32,831 nt of DNA, from contig CAYLMM010000031.1 of the NCBI GenBank assembly GCA_964384825.1, forward strand, positions 1-32,831. Reading direction: 5' to 3'. The position numbers and the translations under genes were made by a program. Origin of the DNA: an uncultured Fibrobacteraceae bacterium. GTDB lineage: Bacteria; Krumholzibacteriota; Krumholzibacteriia; LZORAL124-64-63. Shown piece by piece: positions 25,745-32,831 of this stretch. Positions within the stretch are counted from its first letter, which is position 1. Every line of letters starts with the position of its first letter. The notes beneath the pieces were generated by a model. It saw only the letters and a list, made by a program, of their open reading frames with translations. It was not told the origin of the DNA and did no database searches.

Positions 25745-26623
25745 ATGCCCGGTTTGCTGCATGACGCCCCCGGCGCCTTCGGCGGCATCGATCCGGCGCC
25801 CGCGTTCGCGGACGCCCGCTTCATCGTGCTGCCGCTACCCTATGACGGTACGGCCACCTGGCAGAAGGGCGCGGCCCGCGGCCCCGCCGCGATCCTGGCG
25901 GCCTCGGCCAACATGGAGCTCTTCGACATCGAGACCGGCACCGAGCCCTGGCGGTCGGGCATCCTGACCGCCGCTCCGGTGGGCGACGCCGGCGACCCCG
26001 AATCCACGGTCGACGCGGTCGCGGCCGCGGCCGGCCGCTTCCTGGACGGCGGGAAGTTCGTGCTCGGCCTCGGCGGCGAGCATTCGGTGACCGCGGGCCT
26101 GGTCCGCGCCCACGCCGAGCGCATCCCCGGCCTCTCGGTTCTGCAGTTCGACGCCCATTGCGACCGGCGCGAATCCTACGAGGGCTCGCCCTGGAACCAC
26201 GCCTGCGTCATGGCGCGGGTGGCCGAGATCTGCCCCTGCGTGCAGGTCGGGATCCGCAGCATGGACGTTTCCGAGAGCGCCCTGCTGGATTCGGGCCGGA
26301 TCTTCACGGCCTCCCGCATCGCCGGCGACAGCAGCTTCGCCTCGGACGTGGCCGACCTGCTGACCGACGACGTCTACGTGACCGTCGATCTCGACGTGCT
26401 CGACCCCGGCATCATGCCTTCGACCGGTACGCCCGAGCCCGGCGGCATGGATTGGTGGCAGCTGCTGTCGGTGCTGCGCCGCGTGTCCCGGCGCCGGCGC
26501 ATCGTCGGCTGCGACATCGTCGAGCTTATGCCGCGGGACTGCGACCGCGCCCCCGATTTCCTGGCCGCGAGATTGGCCTACCAGGTCATGGCCTACGTCC
26601 TGACCGGAAAGGAATCAACATGA
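25745..26623 (+). CDS. speB: Agmatinase (arginase/ureohydrolase family).
   Basis: Ureohydrolase Mn-binding motifs are present: GGEHSV, QFDAHCD and VTVDLDVLDPG. A GGAAGGA ribosome-binding site is present. Confidence 0.9.
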   Translation: MPGLLHDAPGAFGGIDPAPAFADARFIVLPLPYDGTATWQKGAARGPAAILAASANMELFDIETGTEPWRSGILTAAPVGDAGDPESTVDAVAAAAGRFLDGGKFVLGLGGEHSVTAGLVRAHAERIPGLSVLQFDAHCDRRESYEGSPWNHACVMARVAEICPCVQVGIRSMDVSESALLDSGRIFTASRIAGDSSFASDVADLLTDDVYVTVDLDVLDPGIMPSTGTPEPGGMDWWQLLSVLRRVSRRRRIVGCDIVELMPRDCDRAPDFLAARLAYQVMAYVLTGKEST

Positions 26624-27648
26624 ATCCCGAGAAGAGGGAACTGCTGAGCACCGAGGTGCGCCACCTCGACATCACGATCTGCGATCCGAGCCCGCTGATC
26701 GAGGCCTTCGACAGCATGGCCTTCCAGGCCCGCAATTTGGCGTCGGCGGCCCGGATCTACGATCGGATGCTCGCCGACCGCGACTGCGGGATCATCCTGA
26801 CCCTGGCCGGTTCGCTGTGCTCGGCCGGGCTGAAGGACCTGATCGTGCGGATGATCGAGGACGACATGGTCGACGCCGTGGTGTCGACCGGCGCCAACAT
26901 CGTCGACCAGGATTTCTTCGAGGCCCTGGGCTTCCGCCATTGGCGCGGGACCCCGGACGCGGACGACAATCGTCTGCGCGAACTGGCCATCGACCGGATC
27001 TACGACACCTTCATCGACGAGGACGAGCTGCGGATCTGCGACATGACCGTTGCCGAGATCGCGGCGGGGCTGGAGCCGCGGCCTTATTCCTCGCGCGAGT
27101 TCATCGCCGCGATGGGCGCCTGGATCGAGAGCAACGGTCTGAAGGCCGACAGTTCGATCGTGCACTCCGCCTGGCGCAAGGGCGTACCGATCTTCGTGCC
27201 GTCGTTCTCCGACTGTTCGGCCGGCTTCGGGCTGGTCCACCACCAGGTGAACAATCCGGACCGGTGCCTGACCATCGACTCGGTGGCCGATTTCCGCGAG
27301 CTCACCGAACTGAAGATCCGGATGGGGGAGACGGGCATCCTGATGATCGGCGGCGGCGTGCCCAAGAACTTCACCCAGGACGTGGTGGTGGCGACCGAAA
27401 TCCTCGGCCGGGAACAGCCGATGCACAAGTACGCGATCCAGATCACCGTGGCCGACGAGAGGGACGGCGCTCTCTCGGGTTCGACGCTGCAGGAGGCCTG
27501 CTCCTGGGGCAAGGTGGAGCTGACCTACGAACAGATGGTCTACGGCGAGGCCACGGTCATGCTGCCCCTGCTGGCCGGCTATGCCTGGCACCGCGGCAAC
27601 TGGCGCGGACGTCGGCAGCGCCGGCTGAACGACATCTTCCAGGATTGA
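26620..27648 (+). CDS. Deoxyhypusine-synthase-like enzyme (NAD-dependent aminobutyl transferase; bacterial DHS/homospermidine-synthase-like).
   Basis: The gene starts at the ATG at 26620, overlapping the speB stop as ATGA. An AAAGGAA ribosome-binding site is present. DHS-family blocks are present: GIILTLAGSLCSAGLKDLIVRMIEDDMVDAVVSTGANI and GILMIGGGVPKNFTQD. It is the in-frame C-terminal 342 aa of track ORF 26158..27648. Confidence 0.85.
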   Translation: MNPEKRELLSTEVRHLDITICDPSPLIEAFDSMAFQARNLASAARIYDRMLADRDCGIILTLAGSLCSAGLKDLIVRMIEDDMVDAVVSTGANIVDQDFFEALGFRHWRGTPDADDNRLRELAIDRIYDTFIDEDELRICDMTVAEIAAGLEPRPYSSREFIAAMGAWIESNGLKADSSIVHSAWRKGVPIFVPSFSDCSAGFGLVHHQVNNPDRCLTIDSVADFRELTELKIRMGETGILMIGGGVPKNFTQDVVVATEILGREQPMHKYAIQITVADERDGALSGSTLQEACSWGKVELTYEQMVYGEATVMLPLLAGYAWHRGNWRGRRQRRLNDIFQD

Positions 27649-27691
27649 TCGGGGAATCCCGCCGGCTCCGCGGGAAGATCGGATCGTCATC

Positions 27692-27726
27692 GCTGGGCGG
27701 CCGCCGGGCCGCCCAGCCTGTTTCGG
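27692..27726 (+). terminator. Terminator hairpin after the DHS-like gene, possibly bidirectional.
   Basis: GCTGGGCGGCC-gccg-GGCCGCCCAGC is followed by CTGTTTCGG. Confidence 0.6.
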
Positions 27727-27736
27727 CGGGCCCGGG

Positions 27737-28180
27737 CTACAGCTCGGCCAGCCCCGCGAACATCGCGCCCCCGAGAACGAGCATCCCGATCAGGATCATG
27801 AAGAGCTCCAGCGCCATCATCACGCCCAGGATGATGAAGAAGGTCTTCATGCGCTTCAGCGCCTCGATCAGCGAAACGGATTCGCCGGAGCGGTGGGACG
27901 CCTCGATGTCGCCGGCGGTCTTGATCAGCAGCACGCCCAGCCAGATGGGGATCCAGCAGATCAGGATGCCCCATAGGCTCAGGATGCTCAGGGCGCCGAG
28001 CAGGATCAGCGCCAGGCCGGTGAATTGCATCCAGGTCCGCACCTCGTTCAGCGGCCGGCTGATCTCGCGGACCAGGGCGGAACCGTTCTGCCCCGAGTGG
28101 AAGGCGCCGTCGGCGGGCGGGGCGGTCGGGAAGGATTCCGGCGAAGGATCGGGCGCCGATGGGGGCGGAACTTCCTGCAT
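27737..28180 (-). CDS. Small hypothetical membrane protein with a Pro-rich N-terminus and 3 transmembrane helices.
   Basis: The gene starts at the ATG at 28180 (MQEVPPPSAPDPSPESFP...) with a GGAGG ribosome-binding site 6 nt upstream. The transmembrane helices are FTGLALILLGALSILSLWGILICWIPIWLGVLLI and FFIILGVMMALELFMILIGMLVLGGAMFAGL. The track version has a 41-aa non-coding-looking extension. Confidence 0.55.
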   Translation of the reverse strand: MQEVPPPSAPDPSPESFPTAPPADGAFHSGQNGSALVREISRPLNEVRTWMQFTGLALILLGALSILSLWGILICWIPIWLGVLLIKTAGDIEASHRSGESVSLIEALKRMKTFFIILGVMMALELFMILIGMLVLGGAMFAGLAEL

Positions 28181-28302
28181 GATGAGCCTCCGGTCATGGG
28201 AACGGACGAGATGCCTGCCGAGAGTAAACCGGCAGAACGGAGGGGCGTCAAGCGGCGGGACGGTTATACTGTCGGGATGACCCCCCGAATGGAGGCGACG
28301 CA

Positions 28303-29715
28303 TTGATCCGATTTCTCCCGGCCGCCGCCGCCCTGGCCGCAGCGGCTTTCCTGATGACCACCGGCGGCTGCGGCGACGACGCCGTCGGTCCCGAGGCGTC
28401 GTCGATCCTCGCGGTGCGGGTCGTCGATCGCGACGACGGCGGTCCGCGGGCCGGCGTCAAGGCGATGCTGCTCGATCCTGCCGCCAACCTGCCCGCGGCT
28501 CCGGTCGCGGTCACCGACAGCTCCGGCGCGGTCCTTTGGCGCGATGTTCCGACCGGCGTCTACGCCCTGCTGGTGATTCCGGGGCCGAACCGCGAGCTCT
28601 TCTCGGTTCCGGCGACGGTTTCGCCGGGCTCCGCCGATATCGCGCCGTCGCCGTACGTCGTGCTCACCATGCCGGCCCGGCGACAGACCGGCGGCAGCAG
28701 CATCGCCGGCGCGGTGTTCGACGCCGTGACCGGCCAACCCCTGGATTCCGCCATAGTCGGTTCGCGCGACGACTGGCTCGGAGCCTATCCGGGCTGGTCG
28801 CCCGAGAAGGCCGACATCACCGACAGCACCGGGGCGTTCACCGTTCGCGGCATCGCCTTCACCCGGTCCCCGCTTTCCGATCTGCTGCTGCAGGTCGAAC
28901 CCCTGATCGTCCAACGGGCCGGATACCGCCCCCTGGAATGGTTCGCGGATTCCCGCCGCATCTCCGGCACCGACATCACGGGCGTGGAACTGGAACTCGA
29001 GCCGATCGCCGATCCGCAGGCCGCCGGAGTGGACACGGCCAGGGGGATCGAGGGCGTCGTGACCTACCGCGGCGAACCCGTCGGCGGCCTGCTGGTGGGG
29101 CTGTCGTACTGGGGTGATTTCGAACCGCCGCCGGGATTCGATTCCGGATCCGACGCGCCGCCTGCGGAAGTTTCGGGTCCGGCCGATCCCCGGAGCCCGG
29201 CCGTGACCGGGGCCGGCGCGGGGGCTCCGGGCCGCACGGCCGTCACCGACGACGAAGGCCGTTACGCCTTCTCCGACCTGAAGACCGGATGGTACCTGGT
29301 GCATGCCGCCTATCCGGTGGGCGACGGTTTCATGATGGCGCAGCCGCTGGGCCCGGGCTATCCGGCCAACGGGATCAATCCGTTGCCGGTGAAGGTGATC
29401 GACGAGGGGATCGCCGCCGCCGACACGGTGCCCGTCTTCCGGGCGATCCGGGTGCTCGAGCCGGCTCCCGGGGCGACCGGCGTCTCCAACCTGCCCACCG
29501 TGCGCTGGACGTCGGTGCCCGGCGCGGCGACCTACGACCTGGCGCTCGACCAGCTGGTCATCGCGGACATTTCCGACACGACGGTGGCCGTGCCCGCGGA
29601 TTTCCCCTTGTCCGGCGGGGTGTGGACGGTCTCGATCGCCGCCTACGACGCCGACGGCATCCCCGTGGGCGCGGTCGAGACGGCCTCGCGGTTCCTGGTC
29701 TCGAACGTTCCCTGA
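28303..29715 (+). CDS. Lipoprotein with two carboxypeptidase-regulatory-like (CarboxypepD_reg/transthyretin-like) beta-sandwich domains. TTG start.
   Basis: The N-terminus IRFLPAAAALAAAAFLMTTGGCGDD is a signal peptide plus lipobox Cys. Two VTDssGxyxfxdlxxGxYxl-type repeats are present (VTDSSGAVLWRDVPTGVYALLV and VTDDEGRYAFSDLKTGWYLVHA). A GGAGG ribosome-binding site lies 7 nt upstream of the TTG. Confidence 0.65.
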   Translation: MIRFLPAAAALAAAAFLMTTGGCGDDAVGPEASSILAVRVVDRDDGGPRAGVKAMLLDPAANLPAAPVAVTDSSGAVLWRDVPTGVYALLVIPGPNRELFSVPATVSPGSADIAPSPYVVLTMPARRQTGGSSIAGAVFDAVTGQPLDSAIVGSRDDWLGAYPGWSPEKADITDSTGAFTVRGIAFTRSPLSDLLLQVEPLIVQRAGYRPLEWFADSRRISGTDITGVELELEPIADPQAAGVDTARGIEGVVTYRGEPVGGLLVGLSYWGDFEPPPGFDSGSDAPPAEVSGPADPRSPAVTGAGAGAPGRTAVTDDEGRYAFSDLKTGWYLVHAAYPVGDGFMMAQPLGPGYPANGINPLPVKVIDEGIAAADTVPVFRAIRVLEPAPGATGVSNLPTVRWTSVPGAATYDLALDQLVIADISDTTVAVPADFPLSGGVWTVSIAAYDADGIPVGAVETASRFLVSNVP

Positions 29716-29755
29716 GCCTCCGTCGCGGACAGGTGGGCGGCGAAGGCGGGAGGAT

Positions 29756-29796
29756 GAAAAAAAGGGCGGACGGCAAAAAACCGTCCGCCCTTCTTC
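29756..29796. terminator. Bidirectional rho-independent terminator between convergent genes.
   Basis: GAAAAAAA-GGGCGGACGG-caaaaaa-CCGTCCGCCC-TTCTTC. The A-tract and T-tract flank a perfect 10-bp stem. Confidence 0.7.
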
Positions 29797-29830
29797 ATGT
29801 CCGCGCCCAGCGGCCGGATGCCGCGTTCGC

Positions 29831-32179
29831 TCAGACCTCCACCGCCGCTCCCACCATCTCCTGCAGCCGGCGGATACGATCGTCGCGGTCCTCGGCGAAG
29901 CGGATCACCGCGGCCGTGATGCCGGCCGGATGGATCCCCGCGTCCTCGCAGACCTCGTCCAGGCCGCCGCCGCCGCGCCACCGGTTGTCGGCGTCGCTGC
30001 TCAGCGCGTATTCGTCGGCCAGCGGATTGAAGTTCCAGTCGACCATCGCACGGCGGCACCGGTTGGTGATGTAGGTGCTGTCGGCGTGGTCGGCCTTGGT
30101 GATCACGGTCTGGCGGTACTGCTCGGGCTGCATCCGGAACAGCTGCGGGCTCGGGCAGGCCACGATCTTCACGTTCACGCCCGCGGCGTCGATATCCGGC
30201 AGGGCCCGGATCAGGTTGTAGGTCGACATCGTGCCCTGGACGAAGACGCAGCCTCCGCGCGGCAGGCCGGGCTTGTAGTCGCGCAGGATGTACGCGCCCT
30301 TGGCGGCCTCGAAATGCGATCCCAGCCCCAGCTTCTCGCGGTCGGGGATCTCGACCCCGGGCCGGGTCAGGTGCAGCGCCACGATCGGCGCGTCGGTCTT
30401 CAGGGCGGCGGCCAGCATCACCGGCACCTCGTTGTACTCCCAGGGATGGATGTCGATGACAGCCCCTTCGGGGAACAGCTGGGTGATGCTCGGCGAGAAG
30501 ATGCCGAAGTGCGTGCGCGAGTCCTCGGCCGTCTCGGGGCCGGAATGGCCGGCGATCCAGACCACCTTGCCCAGCTTCAGCTCGCAGTCCTGGGCCAGCT
30601 GGCTGTACAGGCGCATCGCGCCGTACTTCAGGTACGAGAACGAGCCGTAGGTCGAGCACGCGGTCCAGAAGCCGTTGAAGGCCTTCTCCGGATCCGGCGC
30701 CAGGTTCACGCTCGCCGCGCCGACGCAGAGGCCCGAATTGGTGAACTCGGTGATCTCCTGGGGCAGGATCACGCCCTCGGGATCCTTGTCCCGGTCGTAC
30801 CAGCCGTAGTTCGGCTTGTCGTCGTAATCCTTGCCGAAGCCCGAGATGTTGGTCGAGTCGGCCAGGTCGGCCGAGCAGACCAGGAACTGCGGCCGGCCGT
30901 ACTTCTCGCGGCAGACGCTGTTGATCCACGATCCCCAGCGGCTCAGCCCGGCGCGGTTGGGCTTCTTCTCGCCCGGCTTGGCCCACATCGATTCGGGATA
31001 GGCCGCGACGTCGAGCAGCTCGGGGTCGTCCAGCGGGTTGCGTTCGAAGGGGATGCGGAAGGTCGGGATCTCGGCCGGAACGCTGTCGCCGAGTTCGACC
31101 AGGCGGTCGGCCAGGTAGGCCAGGGCCTGCTCGTCGTCGCGCAGCACGTCCATCGCGGTGTTGATGTGCGAGGTCGACTGCGCGAGCAGCGCCGCGGCGT
31201 TCTCGGGCTTGCCGGCGCCGAAGTTCTCCCATTCCACGCCGTACTTGTCGGAGAAGTCCTTGCGGCAGGCCCAGTAGCCCTCGGCGTTGATCGGATGGGC
31301 CGCGCCGTGGCTCTTGTTGTCGTACTTGTGGTAGCCGCGGCCCTTGCGCGTCTTGCCGAACATCATGCCCGGACGCAGGGCGGGGTTGTCGCCGTGCACC
31401 ATGTCGAGGACGGCGCTGGTGACGTCGTTCCAGTCGCTGCCGTCGGCGGCCTCGTGCACGTGGAAGCCGTAGCTCGAGAACCAGTCGCGCGGCGTGCCGT
31501 GGACGACGCTGCTCACCGACTGGTCGTCGATGCCGTAGTCGTTCCAGTCGAGCAGGAAGAAGAGGTTGTCCAGGCCCAGGCCGTAGGCGCTGTTCTTGGT
31601 CTCGTGCCAGCAGCCGGCGGTGTGGCCGCCCTCGCCCTCGATGCCGAAGACCTTCACGCCCTCGGCTCCGGCCCGCTTGAGCGCCAGGGCCTGGCCCGCG
31701 CAGGTCGGGGCGCCGTGGCCGCTCGGGCCGGTGTTGAACTTCACGAAGAGGTTCTTGCCCGCCATCTCCACGTGCCCGGGCAGTCCGCCGCGGTTGCGCA
31801 GGGTCAGCAGATCCTCCCAGGTCAGGGTGCGCTCGGAGCCGCCGGCGACCAGGTACTTGTCGTCGCCGGTGCGTTGGTGCATCAGACGCAGCGCCTCGTT
31901 GAAGACCGCCAGGGCGCCGTAGACCAGCGGTGCGGTGTGCCCGGCCACCAGCACGAACCGGTCGCCGAAGCGCTTCTCGGGGTGGCGGATGTCCCACCGC
32001 ATCGCGCCGCCGAGCAGCAGCGAGGTCAGCATGTGGTTCTTCGACCGGCTGCCGCCGGGATGCCCGCTCTGGCGGTGGTTGAGCATGATGTCGATCTGCT
32101 GATCGATGACGTCCTTGATCAGCTCCCAGTGCCTGAAATGGGCTTGCTGGGCCTGGAAGAGGTTGTCGACGTGGGACAC
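29831..32179 (-). CDS. Transketolase-family thiamine-diphosphate enzyme. It is divergent and long (782 aa). GTG start.
   Basis: TK blocks are present in the right order: SGHPGGSRS (TPP-binding GHPG), DRFVLVAGHTAPLVY, NTGPSGHGAPTCAGQALA (TGPLGQG-like), GEGGHTAGCWHE and DWNDYGIDD (DDN..IDG-like). The GTG at 32179 has a GAGGAGA ribosome-binding site 6 nt upstream. The track ORF starts 31 codons earlier, with no ribosome-binding site. Confidence 0.8.
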   Translation of the reverse strand: MSHVDNLFQAQQAHFRHWELIKDVIDQQIDIMLNHRQSGHPGGSRSKNHMLTSLLLGGAMRWDIRHPEKRFGDRFVLVAGHTAPLVYGALAVFNEALRLMHQRTGDDKYLVAGGSERTLTWEDLLTLRNRGGLPGHVEMAGKNLFVKFNTGPSGHGAPTCAGQALALKRAGAEGVKVFGIEGEGGHTAGCWHETKNSAYGLGLDNLFFLLDWNDYGIDDQSVSSVVHGTPRDWFSSYGFHVHEAADGSDWNDVTSAVLDMVHGDNPALRPGMMFGKTRKGRGYHKYDNKSHGAAHPINAEGYWACRKDFSDKYGVEWENFGAGKPENAAALLAQSTSHINTAMDVLRDDEQALAYLADRLVELGDSVPAEIPTFRIPFERNPLDDPELLDVAAYPESMWAKPGEKKPNRAGLSRWGSWINSVCREKYGRPQFLVCSADLADSTNISGFGKDYDDKPNYGWYDRDKDPEGVILPQEITEFTNSGLCVGAASVNLAPDPEKAFNGFWTACSTYGSFSYLKYGAMRLYSQLAQDCELKLGKVVWIAGHSGPETAEDSRTHFGIFSPSITQLFPEGAVIDIHPWEYNEVPVMLAAALKTDAPIVALHLTRPGVEIPDREKLGLGSHFEAAKGAYILRDYKPGLPRGGCVFVQGTMSTYNLIRALPDIDAAGVNVKIVACPSPQLFRMQPEQYRQTVITKADHADSTYITNRCRRAMVDWNFNPLADEYALSSDADNRWRGGGGLDEVCEDAGIHPAGITAAVIRFAEDRDDRIRRLQEMVGAAVEV

Positions 32180-32294
32180 GGGGGATCTCCTCTCGGGGGT
32201 ACGGGCGGGGCCGACGGATTCGGGATTCTGGTCCGGCGGCCCAATTCTGTCAACCGGGCCGGCCGGAATCAAGGGAAAGACGTTTCTCGATATC

Positions 32295-32831
32295 TCAGCG
32301 TTCGAGCGCGAAGCCGAGATGGAAGACCTGCAGGACGGCCGCCGCCGCGCGCGCGTCGTCCACCGCGCGGTGCATCTGCAGGTCGAGGTCGATCTCCATC
32401 TTCTGGAGGATCGATTCGAGCTTCAGACCCGAAGTGCGGTGGTGGTTCTGGGCCAGCCAGGCGGTCGCCACCGCGCGGATGTCGTAGGCCCCCCCGGCGA
32501 CGCTCGCGGCGTAGTCCAGGCCGCAGAGGTCGCATTCCCGCCGGATCAGCGGGATGTCGTAGTAGACCCCGAAGGCGCCGATGATGGCCTTGTTGCGCGG
32601 TCCGTACCAGTCGAGGAACCGCCGGCCCACGACGTCCCAGCCGTCCTTTTCGGCCACGTCGGCGGGCTCGATGCCCGTCAGGCGGGTGATGAACGGGGGG
32701 ATCGGATAGTCCCGCGGCCGCACCAGCTCGCTGAAACTGTCGATCTCGGCCAGCGTCCGGCGGTCCAGACGCACCGCGCCGATCTCGATTATGTTGCTGC
32801 GTTCTATGGAGTTGCGACCCTCGTCCTCGGC
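32295..32831 (-). CDS. DnaQ-like 3'-5' exonuclease (DEDDh family). The N-terminus extends beyond the window.
   Basis: The Exo III motif HRAVDDARAAAAVL (H-x-A-x-x-D-A) lies near the C-terminus. The reading frame stays open upstream of the track's M to the window edge and encodes ...IIEIGAV, the strand that follows Exo I. The gene is therefore N-terminally truncated by the window. Confidence 0.75.
   Translation of the reverse strand, partial: AEDEGRNSIERSNIIEIGAVRLDRRTLAEIDSFSELVRPRDYPIPPFITRLTGIEPADVAEKDGWDVVGRRFLDWYGPRNKAIIGAFGVYYDIPLIRRECDLCGLDYAASVAGGAYDIRAVATAWLAQNHHRTSGLKLESILQKMEIDLDLQMHRAVDDARAAAAVLQVFHLGFALER

Noticed and set aside
26593-29304. Minus-strand ORFs 26593..27690 and 28264..29304, and plus-strand ORFs 26817..28280 and 28536..29117.
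   Set aside because: They are antisense or off-frame to the DHS-like gene, the membrane-protein gene and the CarboxypepD_reg lipoprotein gene. Their products are low-complexity.
29643-32584. ORFs 29643..31997 (minus, 784 aa), 29930..32584 (plus, 884 aa) and 32269..32535 (minus).
   Set aside because: They are alternative frames or antisense of the transketolase-family and exonuclease genes. Only frame 29831..32179 has the TPP-enzyme blocks.

Overview
This is a 32.8 kb window of high-GC (about 68-70 % by eye) bacterial chromosomal DNA. It is densely packed with about 31 protein-coding genes on both strands. I found no rRNA, tRNA, CRISPR array, integrase or transposase. Many very long ORFs in the six-frame track are antisense or frame-shifted shadows of real genes, which is typical of high-GC DNA. 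I separated real genes from shadows using amino-acid composition (Arg/Pro/Gly-rich junk versus real motifs), Shine-Dalgarno sequences, signal peptides and recognisable family motifs. The ORF track reports GTG and TTG starts as M.

Recognisable content:
- A 2-Cys peroxiredoxin (ahpC-like) and a thioredoxin.
- A sigma-54 activator with a PAS domain.
- A peptide-scavenging pair (pepT plus an OPT oligopeptide transporter).
- A polyamine operon (AdoMetDC, agmatinase, deoxyhypusine-synthase-like).
- A transketolase-family enzyme, a PLD plus isochorismatase pair, a GT2 glycosyltransferase, a quinone oxidoreductase, an OmpA-family protein, and two alkaline-phosphatase-superfamily enzymes.
- An Ere-family esterase, a membrane-anchored LuxR regulator, and a DnaQ-like exonuclease.

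The feature list also includes transcription terminators and three putative regulatory regions.

The most interesting region is a translationally coupled three-gene operon on the minus strand (15442-19840). Its three genes, each joined to the next by an ATGA overlap, are:
- a TLC/NTT-like nucleotide transporter;
- an Omp85-family outer-membrane beta-barrel;
- a lipoprotein carrying an intact protein-kinase catalytic-loop signature (HxDxKxxN followed by DFD).

Together these suggest a possible, undescribed, envelope-localised ATP-supplied kinase system.

Other points of interest:
- An SPFH plus ribbon-helix-helix gene pair lies behind a striking AT-rich palindromic operator.
- A 20-cysteine secreted protein has CxxxC helical periodicity, possibly Csp/DUF326-like metal storage.
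- A 150-bp element has 33-bp terminal inverted repeats and looks like a MITE or structured RNA.
- A 3' tail-plus-terminator module is duplicated on two adjacent unrelated genes.
- A sigma-54-like -24/-12 element with TGTTGCAACA palindromes sits in front of the sigma-54 activator gene.
- A 390-nt structured leader precedes the polyamine operon.
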